Origin: Podarcis tiliguerta
Lineage: Eukaryota
DNA: 64,000 nt
Direction: 5' to 3' (one strand)
Assembly (NCBI GenBank): GCA_965153285.1
Contig: OZ229120.1
Shown here: one piece after another, positions 1 to 12,890 of the stretch
Layout: the number at the start of each line of letters is the position of its first letter
Numbering within the stretch: the first letter of the stretch is position 1
Made by a program: the position numbers and the translations under genes
Notes under the pieces: generated by a model
Seen by the model: the letters and a program-made list of their open reading frames with translations, nothing else
The model's database searches: none
Told to the model about the DNA's origin: nothing

Positions 1-1091
1 CAATTCCCACCATCGCTTCCCTATATGTTCCTATATCCTTGCTTGGCCTTTGGGCTTGTCCCTCAGTCCTGCCTCCTGGCTTTGTTCTCAACTTGTTCTT
101 TGGGCTTTTGGTTCCCAGTTGGTGACTCATCCCAGTCCAGACAGTGGAACAGCAGCAAAAGAAGCAGTGCTGTGGTGAGCTGCTCACATAGCAGTTTTTA
201 TGTTTGTTTGTTTGTTTGTTACATTTCTAACCCCTCTGTTCTACCCAAACGAGCTCAGGGTGGCACCAAAGGAGCACTGCTTTAAAGTTTGCATTTCCTT
301 TACTGTTTTGATTAATGGTGTTGGAACTGGAAGCCAGTAGAAAGCTGCTCAAGTTGCCCATGACTTTGAATGAGTTGGAAATAGCAGCAAAGTACACACA
401 CAGAGATATGCACAAGGAAAGGCTGGCTGACATCTCACTTCTCTATTGGAAATTACCTTCAGGTGCTGATTTGGACTACAGAATGAGGCATTTTCCCAAC
501 AAGAACCACTTCCTATCTTCATTCAGTTCCCATCCACATTACTAAAGTGGAACTGAAGATGTGACAACCCTTTTAAGGGTTGTTGAAGGACACAAGTAAG
601 AAAGACTCAGGATGACTTCAGCAAGGCAGCAATCACGTCCATCCGAAACAATCACATAGAGCAGTACAATTTAGGAAGCGTTCACCATGCCAGACCAAGT
701 GTGCATGGGCCAGGGATTTTTGGCTGCTTCTAGCAACAATTTAGTCACACAAAGGTGTTTGTGGTTCATCTCAAAGGGCAAGATGGAACGTAAAGGATGC
801 TGACACAATATTCACAAAACGCTATGCTATAGAACAAAAGAACATTACCCTCTCATCTCTGACCCTCCTTCTCTCCCCCCAAACTGAATGCAATCTAGAA
901 TGATAGTGTCTCATATAAAATGTAAACCAGCTGTGAAAAAGACTCTATAAATAAAAAATGAATGTGCTATATGTACTTTCCCCTGTTTGCTTGTTTTATG
1001 ACACAGGAAAATCTCTAATTAAACTAATTTTTTAAAAAATGGACTCACAATATTGAATGCACAGCTCCTGTTGGATATGAGCATCTGAGCC

Positions 1092-1445
1092 TAAAGGTAA
1101 AGGTAAAGGGACCCCTGACCGTTAGGTCCAGTCGTGACCGACTCTGGGGTTGCGGCGCTCATCTCACTTTATTGGCCGAGGGAGCTGGCGTACAGCTTCC
1201 GGGTCATGTGGCCAGCATGACAAAGCCGCTTCTGGCAAACCAGAGCAGCGCATGGAAACGCCGTTTACCTTCCCACCAGAGCGGTACCTATTTATCTACT
1301 TGCACTTTGACGTGCTTTCAAACTGCTAGGTTGGCAGGAGCAGGGACCGAGCAATGGGAGCTCACCCCATCACAAGGATTTGAACTGCCGACCTTCTGAT
1401 TGGCAAGCCCTAGGCTCTGTGGTTTAGACCACAGCGCCACCCGCA
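1092..1445 (-). mobile_element. Sauria SINE (Squam1-type), near full length
   Basis: Reverse complement of the element seen six more times in the window, with a tRNA-like head and (ACCTTT)n tail. Confidence 0.9.
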
Positions 1446-2759
1446 TCACTAACAGGGACTCCCCGCAAGACCTGAGTGATCAAGCAAGTATATAAAGCAT
1501 TAGGCAGTCCCTGAACCTTTCAAACACTAAATCCATTTGAAAACTGCTATGAATTAAGCAACAAGTTGAGACAACAGATCTTTAGAAAGCTTTCCAGGCT
1601 GACTGTGCAACGTTTCTGTCCCTTTTTGCTATTCAGCATCGTTTTAGGTTTTCTACTTTTATTGCTTGCTCTTTTTAATGCTTATCATTTTATTGTTGAT
1701 TTCTTTTTACTTTAATCCCTTGTTTTATATTGTTGGGTCCTTACAGGTGCAGTGTTGGGGTGTAAATGTTTTAAATCAGGAAATGAACGATCTGCCTAGA
1801 AATTGTCCATATTCTGCACGGACATCTACATGGCTGTTTCCTCTCAAACAACAGCTACTCTGATTTTATTTGGCACTAAATCTTCCACTCCAGTTTCAGA
1901 AGATTCCCCCCCCCCCCCCGGAATGAAATATTCACAATCTCTGCAAGAATCTACAAGCTAACGTGAAATATTTAATAAATCATTTGATATAAAAATATTT
2001 TTAAAATATTAAACATTTTGAATATTAAATGCAATATAACAATACCAGCAAGAACACATTGTCTCATAAAACACAACACCAGTATAACCTCTAAAGTAAT
2101 GGGGCTACACATTTTGGAAAACTCTTAATATACTTATATATATATATCTTCCAGTATCCATACCTAAGCAATGATATGCAATATGTTGTTGTTCTTCTTC
2201 TCCCTCTCACTTTTCCTTCTTTTTTACTAGAAGGAACAAATAAGCCCATTAACCAACCAACCAAGTAGTCTTATGAACCTTTAAAATGAATTCACGGGGG
2301 GGGGGGGGGCTGTTAAATGCCAGCGGATTACTCAGAAGGTAAACCAAAGATCTAGCATGAAACCTGCATTTCTTTGACACTGGTTCTGTGACTCTCAGGG
2401 TGTTTCCAGATGGGGCTTTCATACTGTAAACAGGTCACTAGCAACAGAGTATTTCATTTTGTTTGTGTGTTTTTTAATTATCAGGATTTCCCCAGAAAGG
2501 GTATGTCTGAATTTTGAAATTTTTCATTAGGTCAACCTGTTCTTAACTTCCAGCTTTTTATCAATAGTTTTAATGTATATTTTATATTTTATGTAAATCA
2601 CTTGCATTGTTTATGATTAAGTGGTGTACAGCTTCTGTTAAATAAAAATTAAATGGGGACTGGCATTTCCCCTGACAATGCCATATGACACTACAAAAAC
2701 ACTTGGACTTATGTGGATCACTGATCCCTCCCCCCCAATAAAAAATACCCTATCTGCAA

Positions 2760-2785
2760 ACACACACACACACACACACACACAC
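2760..2785. repeat. (AC)n microsatellite
   Basis: Read directly. Confidence 0.95.
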
Positions 2786-2864
2786 CCCAATCCTGTCTGC
2801 TTGGCTGCAGTGAGAAACAGACTATATGGACCTTTGATCTGATCCAGCATGGAATCATTTATAC

Positions 2865-2995
2865 CAGAAATGGGGAACCTGTAGCCCTTCAGATGTAGGT
2901 CCCATCCCTTGCCACAGCTCCTCCCAATCTCCCTTACCAGAGGCCATTCAGGCTGGGGCTGATGGGAACTGGAGTCCACCAACATCTCAAGGGGA
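2865..2995. mobile_element. Old foldback (palindromic) MITE; related copies at about 4065-4180, 30936-31388 (split by a SINE), 36073-36209 and 62265-62345
   Basis: Shared self-complementary body CCAGATGT...AACTCCCATCA / TGATGGGAGTT...ACATCTGG. Confidence 0.6.
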
Positions 2996-3547
2996 TTGTT
3001 CTAGAATCTAGATAATACTTGGGGTCCTTTCCAACTCTACAATTCTATGATTCTATGATTTGTTTCCCTTTCCTGGTTTATACCATAAACCTTAACTACA
3101 AGGCAGAGGTAATTACTTGCTCTACTTCAGCGCAACACTGACCCAATTCTTCACGAGGAAAGGCACTGACATGGAAATTCTTAGCCAGAAAACTATTATG
3201 CCATTATGTGGTATGCTTCTAAATACCAGTCACAAACATGAGAGTGCTATTGTGTTCAGGTCCTGATTGTGGGATTCCCATAAGCATCTGGTTGGCCACA
3301 AAACGCTGGACTAGACAGGCCTTTGATCTGGACATTATTATGTTCTTAAGCTGTTTGCTTTGAGGTGTTCGCTATGAGGAAAACAAATTCACAGAATTCT
3401 CTGCAAGGGGAGAGGATGGGCCTCTGCTCCCTTACCACCACTGCCTTGTGCTTGACAGACCACACTAACCATGGCCTTTTGTGGCACTGCCATGCCACAA
3501 CAGGCCAGCAAACAGCTGCTCCCTTTGGGAAATGGTTTCCACTTTGG

Positions 3548-3745
3548 GGATGAAGGGCTGTAGCACAGTGGTAGACAATCTACTTTCCATGCAGAAGGTT
3601 CTAGGGGTTCAGCCTCTGACAACTCCAGGTAGGGCTGAGAAAGGCCCTCTTCTGAAACTCTGAAGGGCTACTACCAGTGAGTGTAGACATCACTGAAGTT
3701 AGGCAGACCAAGGGTTTGATTCATTATATGGAAGTTTTCTATAGT
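3548..3745 (+). mobile_element. Old tRNA(Ala)-like headed SINE (Squam2-like), diverged
   Basis: GGCTGTAGCACAGTGGTAGA...CATGCAGAAGG head; related copies at 35497-35693 (-), 35780-36252 (+) and a 3' part at 34785-34856. Confidence 0.6.
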
Positions 3746-5007
3746 ATTCCAATGTTGCACTAACTATTGACACAAAAGCAGTGATGGGCTTGTGAGTCAC
3801 AGCATTGGAGCTAAGCCCCCCGAGAGATTTTCCCACTTTTTGAAGCATTCAAGGAGGCTTACAATTTCATGACCCAACTGCCTCAAAAAATGGAGACACA
3901 AAAGAGCCCCAAGTCAAATAAAAAGGCATTGATCTAAGACTGCAAAATGGTGGAACTTTAAGGGCTGCTGAACTTCCCATACAAATCAGTGCAGAGGAGT
4001 GAGTCTCCCTTTAGCAGTATAGCTATTTTGGTAATATCTAATGCTGTTGTTATCTAATATATCAGGTAATGTGTTTTGGACCACAACTCCCATCAGTCCC
4101 AGTCAGCACGACTGTGCTAGCTGAATCTGGTGGAAGGCATAGCTGGAAACATCTGGAAAACACTGGGTTGAGGATAGCTGTATTCATCATCATAGTCTGG
4201 TTAGCTTTGAACAACATCACATTCTTCCATTAAGAAAAGACTCAGTGCTAGATCTCTGGGGCAAATCTTCACCAAACATATAGCACCACCCTATGCATGT
4301 TTATTTGTAAGTGTGCTGCTGAGTTCAGTGGGGTGCACTCCACACTAAGTGTATATAGGATTACAGCCGTAATGAAAACACAGCTCTACCCTACAACAGG
4401 CCCCTTACCTGGACTTTGTGTATCATATGAACAATTCATACTCATATTTTAAACACCTTCATTGCATCATCTCCCATAAATTCAGCCTTCTCTATTAAGT
4501 CACATTTTTACTGCACCTAAGCTTCTTACCATGTAATCGGTAGCTGAAAAATACCTCTAACAAGATCCTGGTATGGCACAATTAATGACTGAGCCTACAA
4601 AATCACGACTTGAAGCCTTTATAATGCAATCCTATACATTATAGGATTGAGTCCTGTTGAGTTGAATAGGGTTTACTGCTAGGCTAATGGAATGCAGCCT
4701 TAAAACTCTAATTTCCTTGAGAGAAATATTACCATGGATCAAGATATTGCCTTTTTTTAAAGACAAACACAACCGCTTGCAATTGTTTTTGTACATAACA
4801 GAGTTCCAGAAATCCCTGCTTACGATGCAGTTCAGCAGGTTCACTGGTATGGTACACTCTCAAGAGTGAAGACACATGAGATGTGAAGAATTAACATGTG
4901 AAATGTGAAATAGTGTTCCCATATTATATCCTCTGCTTTATCACAGAAGTAGTAGGGATCAAAAGACCATTCAGTTCTTCACACGTCAGCCACAAGAAAA
5001 AAGCCGA

Positions 5008-5184
5008 TGCGCTCCCATCAGATGTCAAAGAAATAAACAACTACCTGACTTTTAGGAGACATCTGAAGGCAGCCCTGTTTAGGAAAGTTTTTAATGTTTG
5101 AAGTTTTATTCTGTTTTTAATGCTCCGTTGAAAGCAACCCAGAGTGGCTGGGGAAACCCAGCCAGATGGGCGGGGTATAAATAA

Positions 5185-5229
<45 letters not shown>
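5008..5229 (+). mobile_element. L2-type LINE 3' end with (TAA)n tail
   Basis: ALPSDVKEINNYLTFRRHLKAALF plus 3' UTR; the same family recurs in the window. Confidence 0.75.
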
Positions 5230-5230
<1 letters not shown>

Positions 5231-5649
5231 CCCCAGATGTTGTGAGCAGGTGAATCAAGGCATACTACAATTCTAGGCAAGGCAACCCTACCCCTGCTCA
5301 TTCCAGATATATTCACAATGCACACATATACTGTGCACACTTGACTCATGGTTAGGTTTCTACTATAACCAAAATATAACAAGCCAGTTCCTGAGCCTGT
5401 GTAACAGCTACCTACTACAAGACTCCCAAAAGGAACTAGGGAATTAAATTCCATGCCTCCAAAACTTTTCTACTTTCCCACTATTTGGGGCACAAAAAAG
5501 CAAGAACAACAAGAACAACAACTTGTGGTTTCAGAGCAGTGAAACAGTTATATGATTTAGATTTTTCTAGAACAGATGTTTGCAGTACTAAAGGACACTG
5601 GTGCTGCTATGGGGGCAAGCAATCCCTTATAAAGAATGCAGATGTAACT

Positions 5650-6106
5650 AGTGACAGAGGAGGAATTCAATTAAGTTTCCATTTAAAGCCCAATGTATCA
5701 AATCCACACTTTAAAAAAAATTATGTGAACCAAAGCACAGCTATCCTTCAAAATTCGCAATTAACAGAACGTTCTGATGCCGTTCTCCAACCAGCTGGTG
5801 TTTACATAAACGCACGCATTAGGGAAGAGTGTGCACAAAAATGAAAGCTCTTAGTGAAAATAGCATGTAAAAATACATTATATTAGAAAAATGTTGTAAA
5901 AAAAGAAGTATGTAATAGTAAAAACTGCATATAAAAATATGTCTAGTAGGAGAAATTCACACTAAAATGCAGATGAATTTTCATGAGAATTCTTTTTTTA
6001 TTTAAAAAAGTCACAACTTGCTGCAAATGTAGAAAACTGAATTTAAGAGAGGGAAACTGAGAAACTTGAAGAGAAGAACTGAAATTGACAGATCCTTTCA
6101 TCTCTG
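5650..6106. repeat. Old AT-rich interspersed repeat; partial inverted copy at about 12902-13020
   Basis: CACAGCTATCCTTCAAAATT matches the reverse complement of AATTTGAAGGATGGCTGTG at about 12929-12947. Confidence 0.45.
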
Positions 6107-7133
6107 GTCATAACATTCTGTAGTCAAGATGCTCATTTTGTTTTATGTGGCTGGGAGATAGGAATAAACCTTTAAAATAAGAGAATCTGGCTATGTTAAA
6201 ATACACCGAGAAACTTTTAACAGTTCCCTTTCTGCTGAAATTATCCATCTTCCTGTCTCTTAGATCTCTGATCCCTTGCTTCAGTAAATGGAAAACTGGA
6301 GCGTAGTCCAGCCCAAAGCAGCATTTTCATGTGATATCTCCTGAATTTATTAAAGTTTCACATTGCTACCTTCAGTACATTGGGAAGTTTAACTTACCAG
6401 CTGCTGACACTGCTCTGGTGGCCCAAGTTCTGTACCTGCTTCCTAATTGGCAGCCTCTGTCGCTTCTTGAGTAGGGAACTGTGGTTGATTTAGAAAATAA
6501 GGAGGGACAGTGTTTCAAATGACTTAAGAAAGAGAACAGGAACAATCACTTCGTTCTGGGGTTGTTGGTTTTGTTTTTTTTCATTTTCTTCTCTCAGATG
6601 AGTTCTGTACCTTCAGAAAGAAGGAAGGAAGGGAGGGGAGAGGAAGTCAACAGCCCTTTAGCTTTCCTGCAAAAAAAATAAGGAAACGGCAGATAGCCAT
6701 CTCATTTTCTCTCAAACAAAATGGTTGGAAAAATAAATATCACTAAAACCAAAAGAAATTCCTCAAGTATTATATCTTTATGATGGATTTTCGTAGGGTG
6801 TAATTTATAACTCGATGGGTGGAATGCGATCAAAACAAACACAATGTTCCAAAACGTAGAGCCTTGCCTTTGGGGAGTAAGATGCCCATATCCAGAAGCA
6901 TTTTAACAGCCCTAGCCAGAAGAATACAGGCAGGGAAAATATACAAGGCAATTCAAAGACGGGGGAAAGATCTCGGTGTACACAAATAAAACTAATAGCC
7001 TCAATAGAACGTTTGTTAAAGAATAAATGTACATAAAGAAAGAAAATGGGTTCAGGCTTTTTGTGTGCTTTTGATGAGGCGATAATATAAATCTGAAGTG
7101 TAATCATAAGCATGTTTATTCAGTAAGAAAGTC

Positions 7134-7159
7134 ATATATATATATATATATATATATAT
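7134..7159. repeat. (AT)n microsatellite
   Basis: Read directly. Confidence 0.95.
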
Positions 7160-7449
7160 GAATGAGAGAAAATTGCTGCTTGCCACAAGCACTATCCCAA
7201 AAGATCATTTATTGCAATAGTGATCATTGTGCTCTTGCCAGGAGGGGCAGATCTGTTGCCCCTGTGTTGAGGGATGGTTACTACAGGAGTTCTTCTGACA
7301 CATGAACGTGGCTTGAGCAAAGATAGGAATTATTTGTGGCACCTCTCATAGCATGTGTGGCGGATCATTCCCTTCTGTTTTGAGCCTGAATCAGTTGCTG
7401 CCACAGGAGTAGCCAAACTAAGCCTCCTGGTGTATATATTGCTCTAGGA

Positions 7450-7699
7450 CAGGTATAGGCAACCTATGGCTCGGGGGCGAGATGCAGCCCAATCGCCTTC
7501 TCAATCCATCCCACGGACGGTCCAGGAATCAGTGTGTTTTTACATGAGTAGAATGTGTCTTTTTATTTAGAATGCACCTATGGGTTATTTGTGGGGCATA
7601 GGAATTCGTACATTTTTTTTCCAAAATATAGTCCGGCTCACCACATGTTCTGAGGGACGGTGGACTGGCCCACGGCTGAAAAAAGGTTGCTGCCCCCTG
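7450..7699. mobile_element. hAT-type MITE
   Basis: Imperfect terminal inverted repeats (TIRs) CAGGTATAGGCAACCT / AGGTTGCTGCCCCCTG; 8-bp TSD CTCTAGGA. Confidence 0.88.
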
Positions 7700-7774
7700 C
7701 TCTAGGATGCTTAGTTTGGTCAGAATCAGAGTATATACACTTCCACAGTTAATGCTAAATACATTACTTCTGGT

Positions 7775-7933
7775 CAGTGCTTTTTTGGTGGGGGGGTACG
7801 CATACTCCTAAACATTTTGTGAATCTTCGTACTTTTGTCCATTTACAGTATTTATTTTTCCCGATTTGAACTATAAAATGGTGGTACAAAATGAGAGTAC
7901 CCCTAAACATTTTTTTTAGGGGGGAAAGTGCTG
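7775..7933. mobile_element. Short hAT-type MITE
   Basis: CAGTGCTTTTTT left end; 8-bp TSD CTTCTGGT; second copy at 24974-25148. Confidence 0.85.
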
Positions 7934-9310
7934 CTTCTGGTAAATGAGCCATCATAGGCACTAGAAGGCCATGAAAATTTGTGTCCTGGGCTTTTTAGAC
8001 TTGTCTACCCATGTACTCTCTGAAACCAAATGGGTGCACTGGTTGCCAGGTGTGACATTTTTTCCAGCTCTTCTACCCCACTATTCCCCTCCTCCGCAGA
8101 TCTCTGTCTCTCCCCATCCCAACCATTAGTCAGGATTTTGTGGCTACTGAACACGCTCAATCCCATTGAGCTGTTTGGGGGATTCACCCACTAAGGGGGA
8201 TTCACATACATACTTCTGGAGTTCCCCTAGGCTTGCTGACATCTCTCCTCTGTGGGTGAATGACATAAGCAATGACACTCAAGCTTAAGCATTAGAAATA
8301 GCATGAATTGTGCTTCTTCTGGTTTTGTTTTCTAATGGAGGAATCACACAATTGCCAGCCTTCAGCATGGAGTGATACAGCCCAGGATCAGTTTAACGAT
8401 GTGATAAGGCCTATGCTTCTCCGTTAGAAAACATATCTGAAGGTGGTCAGGAGGACCACTGGTATCTACAAGAAAATGAAACCATTAGAATCTTCCCCCT
8501 TCTCCAGTCATTTTCATGGATGAAAATGTGCTGCATTCCCACTGCTCTAAAGAAAGGCTCTTTTATATGCATGTGGCGTAGCAAATGAACACATGCCAAG
8601 CTTCAAAGTAGTTATCAGCATCAGGAGTTGAAAAGGGGCATCAGCCAGAATAATTACGTAGGTGAAAACAAGAGCAGAGTCCTTCAGTCTGCAGCATTTC
8701 CTCAAAACACACAAAAGAAAAGAAGTTAAAAGAGGATAGTTTTGAAGCATAGTTTGCTTAGACTAGCTTTGTTTAATGGAAGAGCATTTTGTTGAAGCTC
8801 ACAGTAAGGGTGCTTGTGTGTAGAACTCGTTCCCATAAACAGATCAGATGGGTTTGGGAAATTCATTACTATGAATACTGTGGACAAATATAAAGAGCAT
8901 TTCAGATAGGTCTAATATTAATACCTAGTAGGGAAAATTAATGCACACTGATTTATCCTTCTATCACCTGTTCAACTGACAGTGTACCTCCATGTCCCTT
9001 GTAAAAATAGGGTGTGGAAATATGTATTGGGTTGAGATAACCAGTTTAATAGTATTACCATGCCAGAGAAACATCTATGTCTGTGAGAGCTTGCAAAAGC
9101 ACAGGGCTTTCAGAAAACTAGCATATCAGGGAGGATATCAGTATTCCTACCCTCCCCCATATTTTCTATAGGCAGACAGGGATTGTGGCTGTATCAGAAT
9201 ATCACAGGCATCTTCTCAGATCAGCCAAAAAGGGGAGCTTCTCGTGCAAATTTAAAACAGAAGCAGGAAATGTCCCTTTTGTGATTTGTAGGATCATACT
9301 GAAGGGGGCA

Positions 9311-9762
9311 TTAAAGCTATGGTTTTCCCAGTAGTGATGTATGGAAGTGAGAGCTGAACCATAAAGAAGGCTGATCGCCGAAGAATTGATGCTTTTGAAT
9401 TATGGTGCTGGAGGAGACTCTTGAGAGTCCCATGGACTGCAAGAAGATCAAACCTCTCCATTCTGAAGGAAATCAGCCCTGAGTGCTCACTGGAAGGACA
9501 AATCCTGAAGCTGAGGCTCCAATACTTTGGCCACCTCATAAGAAGAGAAGACTCCCTGGAAAAGACCCTGATGTTGGGAAAGATGGAGGGCACAAGGAGA
9601 AGGGGACGACAGAGGACGAGATGGTTGGACAGTGTTCTCGAAGCTACCAGCATGAGTTTGACCAAACTGCGGGAGGCAGTGGAAGACAGGAGTGCCTGGC
9701 GTGCTCTGGTCCATGGGGTCACGAAGAGTCAGACTCGACTAAACGACTAAACAACAACAACA
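9311..9762 (+). mobile_element. RTE-BovB LINE 3' fragment, 5'-truncated
   Basis: Encodes LRVPWTARRSN...LQYFGHL.RREDSLEKTLMLGK..., the BovB ORF C-terminus; (CAA)n tail; 13-bp TSD ACTGAAGGGGGCA. Confidence 0.93.
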
Positions 9763-9917
9763 ACTGAAGGGGGCAATCTGCCCTTGAAGTTGATTTGGAG
9801 TTATGACCGTCTGTGGTCTGTGATCTGACTGGCTGGAATCCTCCATGTGGGCAGTCTAGGAAACAGCCCTCAGCCAGTTGCCAGTCTCCCCTTCTTGAGT
9901 AAAGAATTACACTGCTC

Positions 9918-10548
9918 AGGACCACAATACCTCAAGGGCCGTCTCTCCCCATACAAACTGACTGGGACCCTGCAATCGTCATCTGAGGCCACACTGAGAG
10001 CCAGTGTGGTGTAGTGGTTGAGAGCGGTAGTCTTGTAATCTGGGGAACCGGGTTCGCGTCTCCGCTCCTCCACATGCAGCTGCTGGGTGACCTTGGGCCA
10101 GTCACACTTCCTTGAAGTCTCTCAGCCCCACTCACCTCACAGAGTGTTTGCTGTGGGGGAGGAAGGGAAAGGAGAATGTTAGCTGCTTTGAGACTCCTTA
10201 AAGGGAGTGAAAGGCAGGATATCAAATCCAAACTCTTCTTCCTCTTCTTCTTCCTTCGTGTGCCTCCTCCACAAGTGATCTGGAGGGTGGCAACACAAAA
10301 ACAGAGCTTTTCTGTGGTGGTTCCTCACTTGTGGAATGCTCTCTTCAGTGAGGCTCATCTGACGCCTTCGTTACTTATCTTTAGGCGCCAGGCAAAAACA
10401 TTCCTCTTCTCTCAGGCCTTTGGCAAATTGAACAATCTGTGGCCTTTTAAACGATGTGTGGGGTATTGTTTTTGTTTGCTATTATGGTATTTATTTATTT
10501 TTTATGTTGTAAACCGCACTGTGATCTTCGAATGAAGGGTGGTACAGA

Positions 10549-10590
<42 letters not shown>
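9918..10590 (+). mobile_element. L2-type 3' fragment (different subfamily) interrupted by a SINE
   Basis: Reads YLKGRLSPY... before the SINE and ...SFSVVVPHLWNAL...FRRQAKTFLFSQAF after it; (AAT)n tail. Confidence 0.7.
9996..10255 (+). mobile_element. tRNA-derived CORE/MIR-like SINE with (TTC)n tail (Squam3-like)
   Basis: Head GAGAGCCAGTGTGGTGTAGTGGTT, CORE-like GGTGACCTTGGGC, CTT tail; a second copy lies at 17387-17674. Confidence 0.8.
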
Positions 10591-10592
<2 letters not shown>

Positions 10593-10650
10593 CTTCAGTG
10601 ACATCGTGATATAGTTGTGACTGATTGGCTAAATAGTATCATGGATGATG

Positions 10651-10996
10651 GGGATGTGGGTGGCGCTGTGGGTTAAACCACAGAGCCTAGGACTTGCCAA
10701 TCAGAAGGTTGGCGGTTCGAATCCCCACGTCGGGGTGAGCTCCCGTTGCTCGGTCCCTGCTCCTGCCAACCTAGCAGTTCGAAAGCACATCAAAGTGCAA
10801 GTAGATAAATAGGTACCACTCTGGTGGGAAGGTAAACAGCGTTTCCATGCACTGCTCTGCTATGCCAGAAGCGGCTTAGTCATGCTGGCCACATGACCCG
10901 GAAGCTGTACCGTCGGCCAGTAAAGCGAGATGAGTGCCACAACCCAGAGTCGGTCACGACTGGACCTAATGGTCAGGGCTCCCTTTACCTTTACTT
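10651..10996 (+). mobile_element. Sauria SINE
   Basis: A/B-box head and ACCTTT tail; 14-bp TSD TATCATGGATGATG (10637-10650 and 10997-11010). Confidence 0.93.
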
Positions 10997-11893
10997 TATC
11001 ATGGATGATGAGATCGTCAGACAAGGCATGATTAGCGTTGCCCTTGCAGAATATGATCAATCACGCAGATCAGCTGTTTGGCAAGGAGAGGAAGCAGAAG
11101 AGAGCAAATTGTCAATGTTCTGAAAGTCTAAGTGAGTAGATTGGGAAGCAAAACACACATTTCAACCATCATTTACCTCATCCAGGTAGGGAACAGAGGC
11201 TCAGGAGGCTGCTTCCATGTCACTTTCCCCCTACATTGCTTCTTAGCGAAAACAAGTTATCTTGCTCATTTCCATGAACGCAGGGCACTGAATAAACACA
11301 CGAGCTCTTTTTCAAAATTCTGCTGCAAAAAAAGCCAGCATTCCGACTCCTACAGTGAGTCATAAATCATAATGTGCAATATATTATTTTAATTCTACTG
11401 GGATGCAAACACTAACAATGAGGCATTGTGGGCTGTGTGCAAGAACTGCGCACAAAGCTCTGGCTCCCAAAACCAGTGCTCTGGGAAGTGCTCAATATTT
11501 AATTACCCTTCGCAAGAAGGGAAGCGCAGAGGAAGGTGAGGCAAAAAAATATGCTGAGGAATAAGAAAGGAAGGAGGGGGTCATATATCATGTAACCTGA
11601 AGAGCAGTGGGCAAATCTGTCAGATAGATCAGGCTCGCAGCAGTTCCGCTAGGTCAGCTTGCAATTTTGAGCATGTGGGAGGGCAAGTAGGAAGCAAGAC
11701 CTAATCAGGGCTCTTGAGCCTTGAGTCTAAATTTAATTGGCCCTGCTACAGAGTGAGAAAACACCCCCAACAAAACAAAACAAAAACCAGGCTAATTACA
11801 GGATAATAGATCAATCAATTATAGTGCATTTTATTATAAGCACTTTTTTAAAAAAGTAGTGATACAAATGTACTTTAAAATGTAGCATGTTGC

Positions 11894-11894
<1 letters not shown>

Positions 11895-11939
<45 letters not shown>

Positions 11940-12240
11940 TTTTATTATTTATACCCTGCTCATCTGGCTGGGTTGCCTCAGTCATTCTGGACGGCTTCCA
12001 ACACATAAAAGGATAATAAAACATCAGACATTAAAAACTTCACAAAACAGGGCTGCCTTCAGGTCTCTTCTAAAAGTCAGATAGATGTTTATTTCCTTGA
12101 CATCTGACGGGAGGGCGTTCCACAAGGTGGGTGCCACTGCCAAGAAGGCCCTCTGCCTAGTTCCCCATAATTTTGTTTCTCGCAGTGACGGAACTGCCAA
12201 AAGGCCCTTGGAGTTGGTTCTCAGTGTCTGAGCTGAACGA
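11895..12240 (-). mobile_element. L2-type LINE 3' end (same family as 5008-5229)
   Basis: Reverse-complement similarity with an adjacent (AAT)n microsatellite. Confidence 0.75.
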
Positions 12241-12581
12241 TTACACTATAGTTTCTAATGCAAAATATGTCAAAATCATAAATATATTAGGAAGGTGAAA
12301 TTGGCTTCTAGTGAAGTTCTAGTTGATGATGAGCAATGCTCTTTAGAACAGAGAACTGGGATAGGGGGTCATAACATATATGCAGCTGTCATTTACCTGT
12401 GAAGTTCCTCATCCAGGTAGGAATGCTCACCCCAAAGCCTGCCTCCATATGCCCATTAGGCCCATTATGAGTTAGAGATACTTATCCCAACAGGATAGAT
12501 AAGTCATCAGAGGGGTCAAAGCTTTGACAGGTCTCCTTGGATATTCCACAATGAGATACTGCTGTGCCTACCACAAGAGAC

Positions 12582-12890
12582 ATCAGAAGGGCAGTAGTTT
12601 GAATCCCTGTGATGGGGTGAGCTCCCGTTGCTCTGTCCCTGCTCCTGCTAACCTAGCAGTTCAAAAGCACCTCAAAGTGCAAGTAGATAAATAGGTACTG
12701 CTCCAGCGGGGAGGTAAACAGCGTTTCTGTGCGCTGCTCTGGTTCGCCAGAAGCGGCTTAGTCATGCTGGCCACATGACCTGGAAGCTGTACGCCGGCTC
12801 CCTCGGCCAATAAAGTGAGATGAATGCCACAACCCCAGAGTCAGCCACGACTGGACCTAACAGTCAGGGGTCCTTTTACCTTACCTTTAC
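12582..12890 (+). mobile_element. Sauria SINE, 5'-truncated
   Basis: Matches the other copies from the B-box region through to the ACCTTT tail. Confidence 0.88.
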
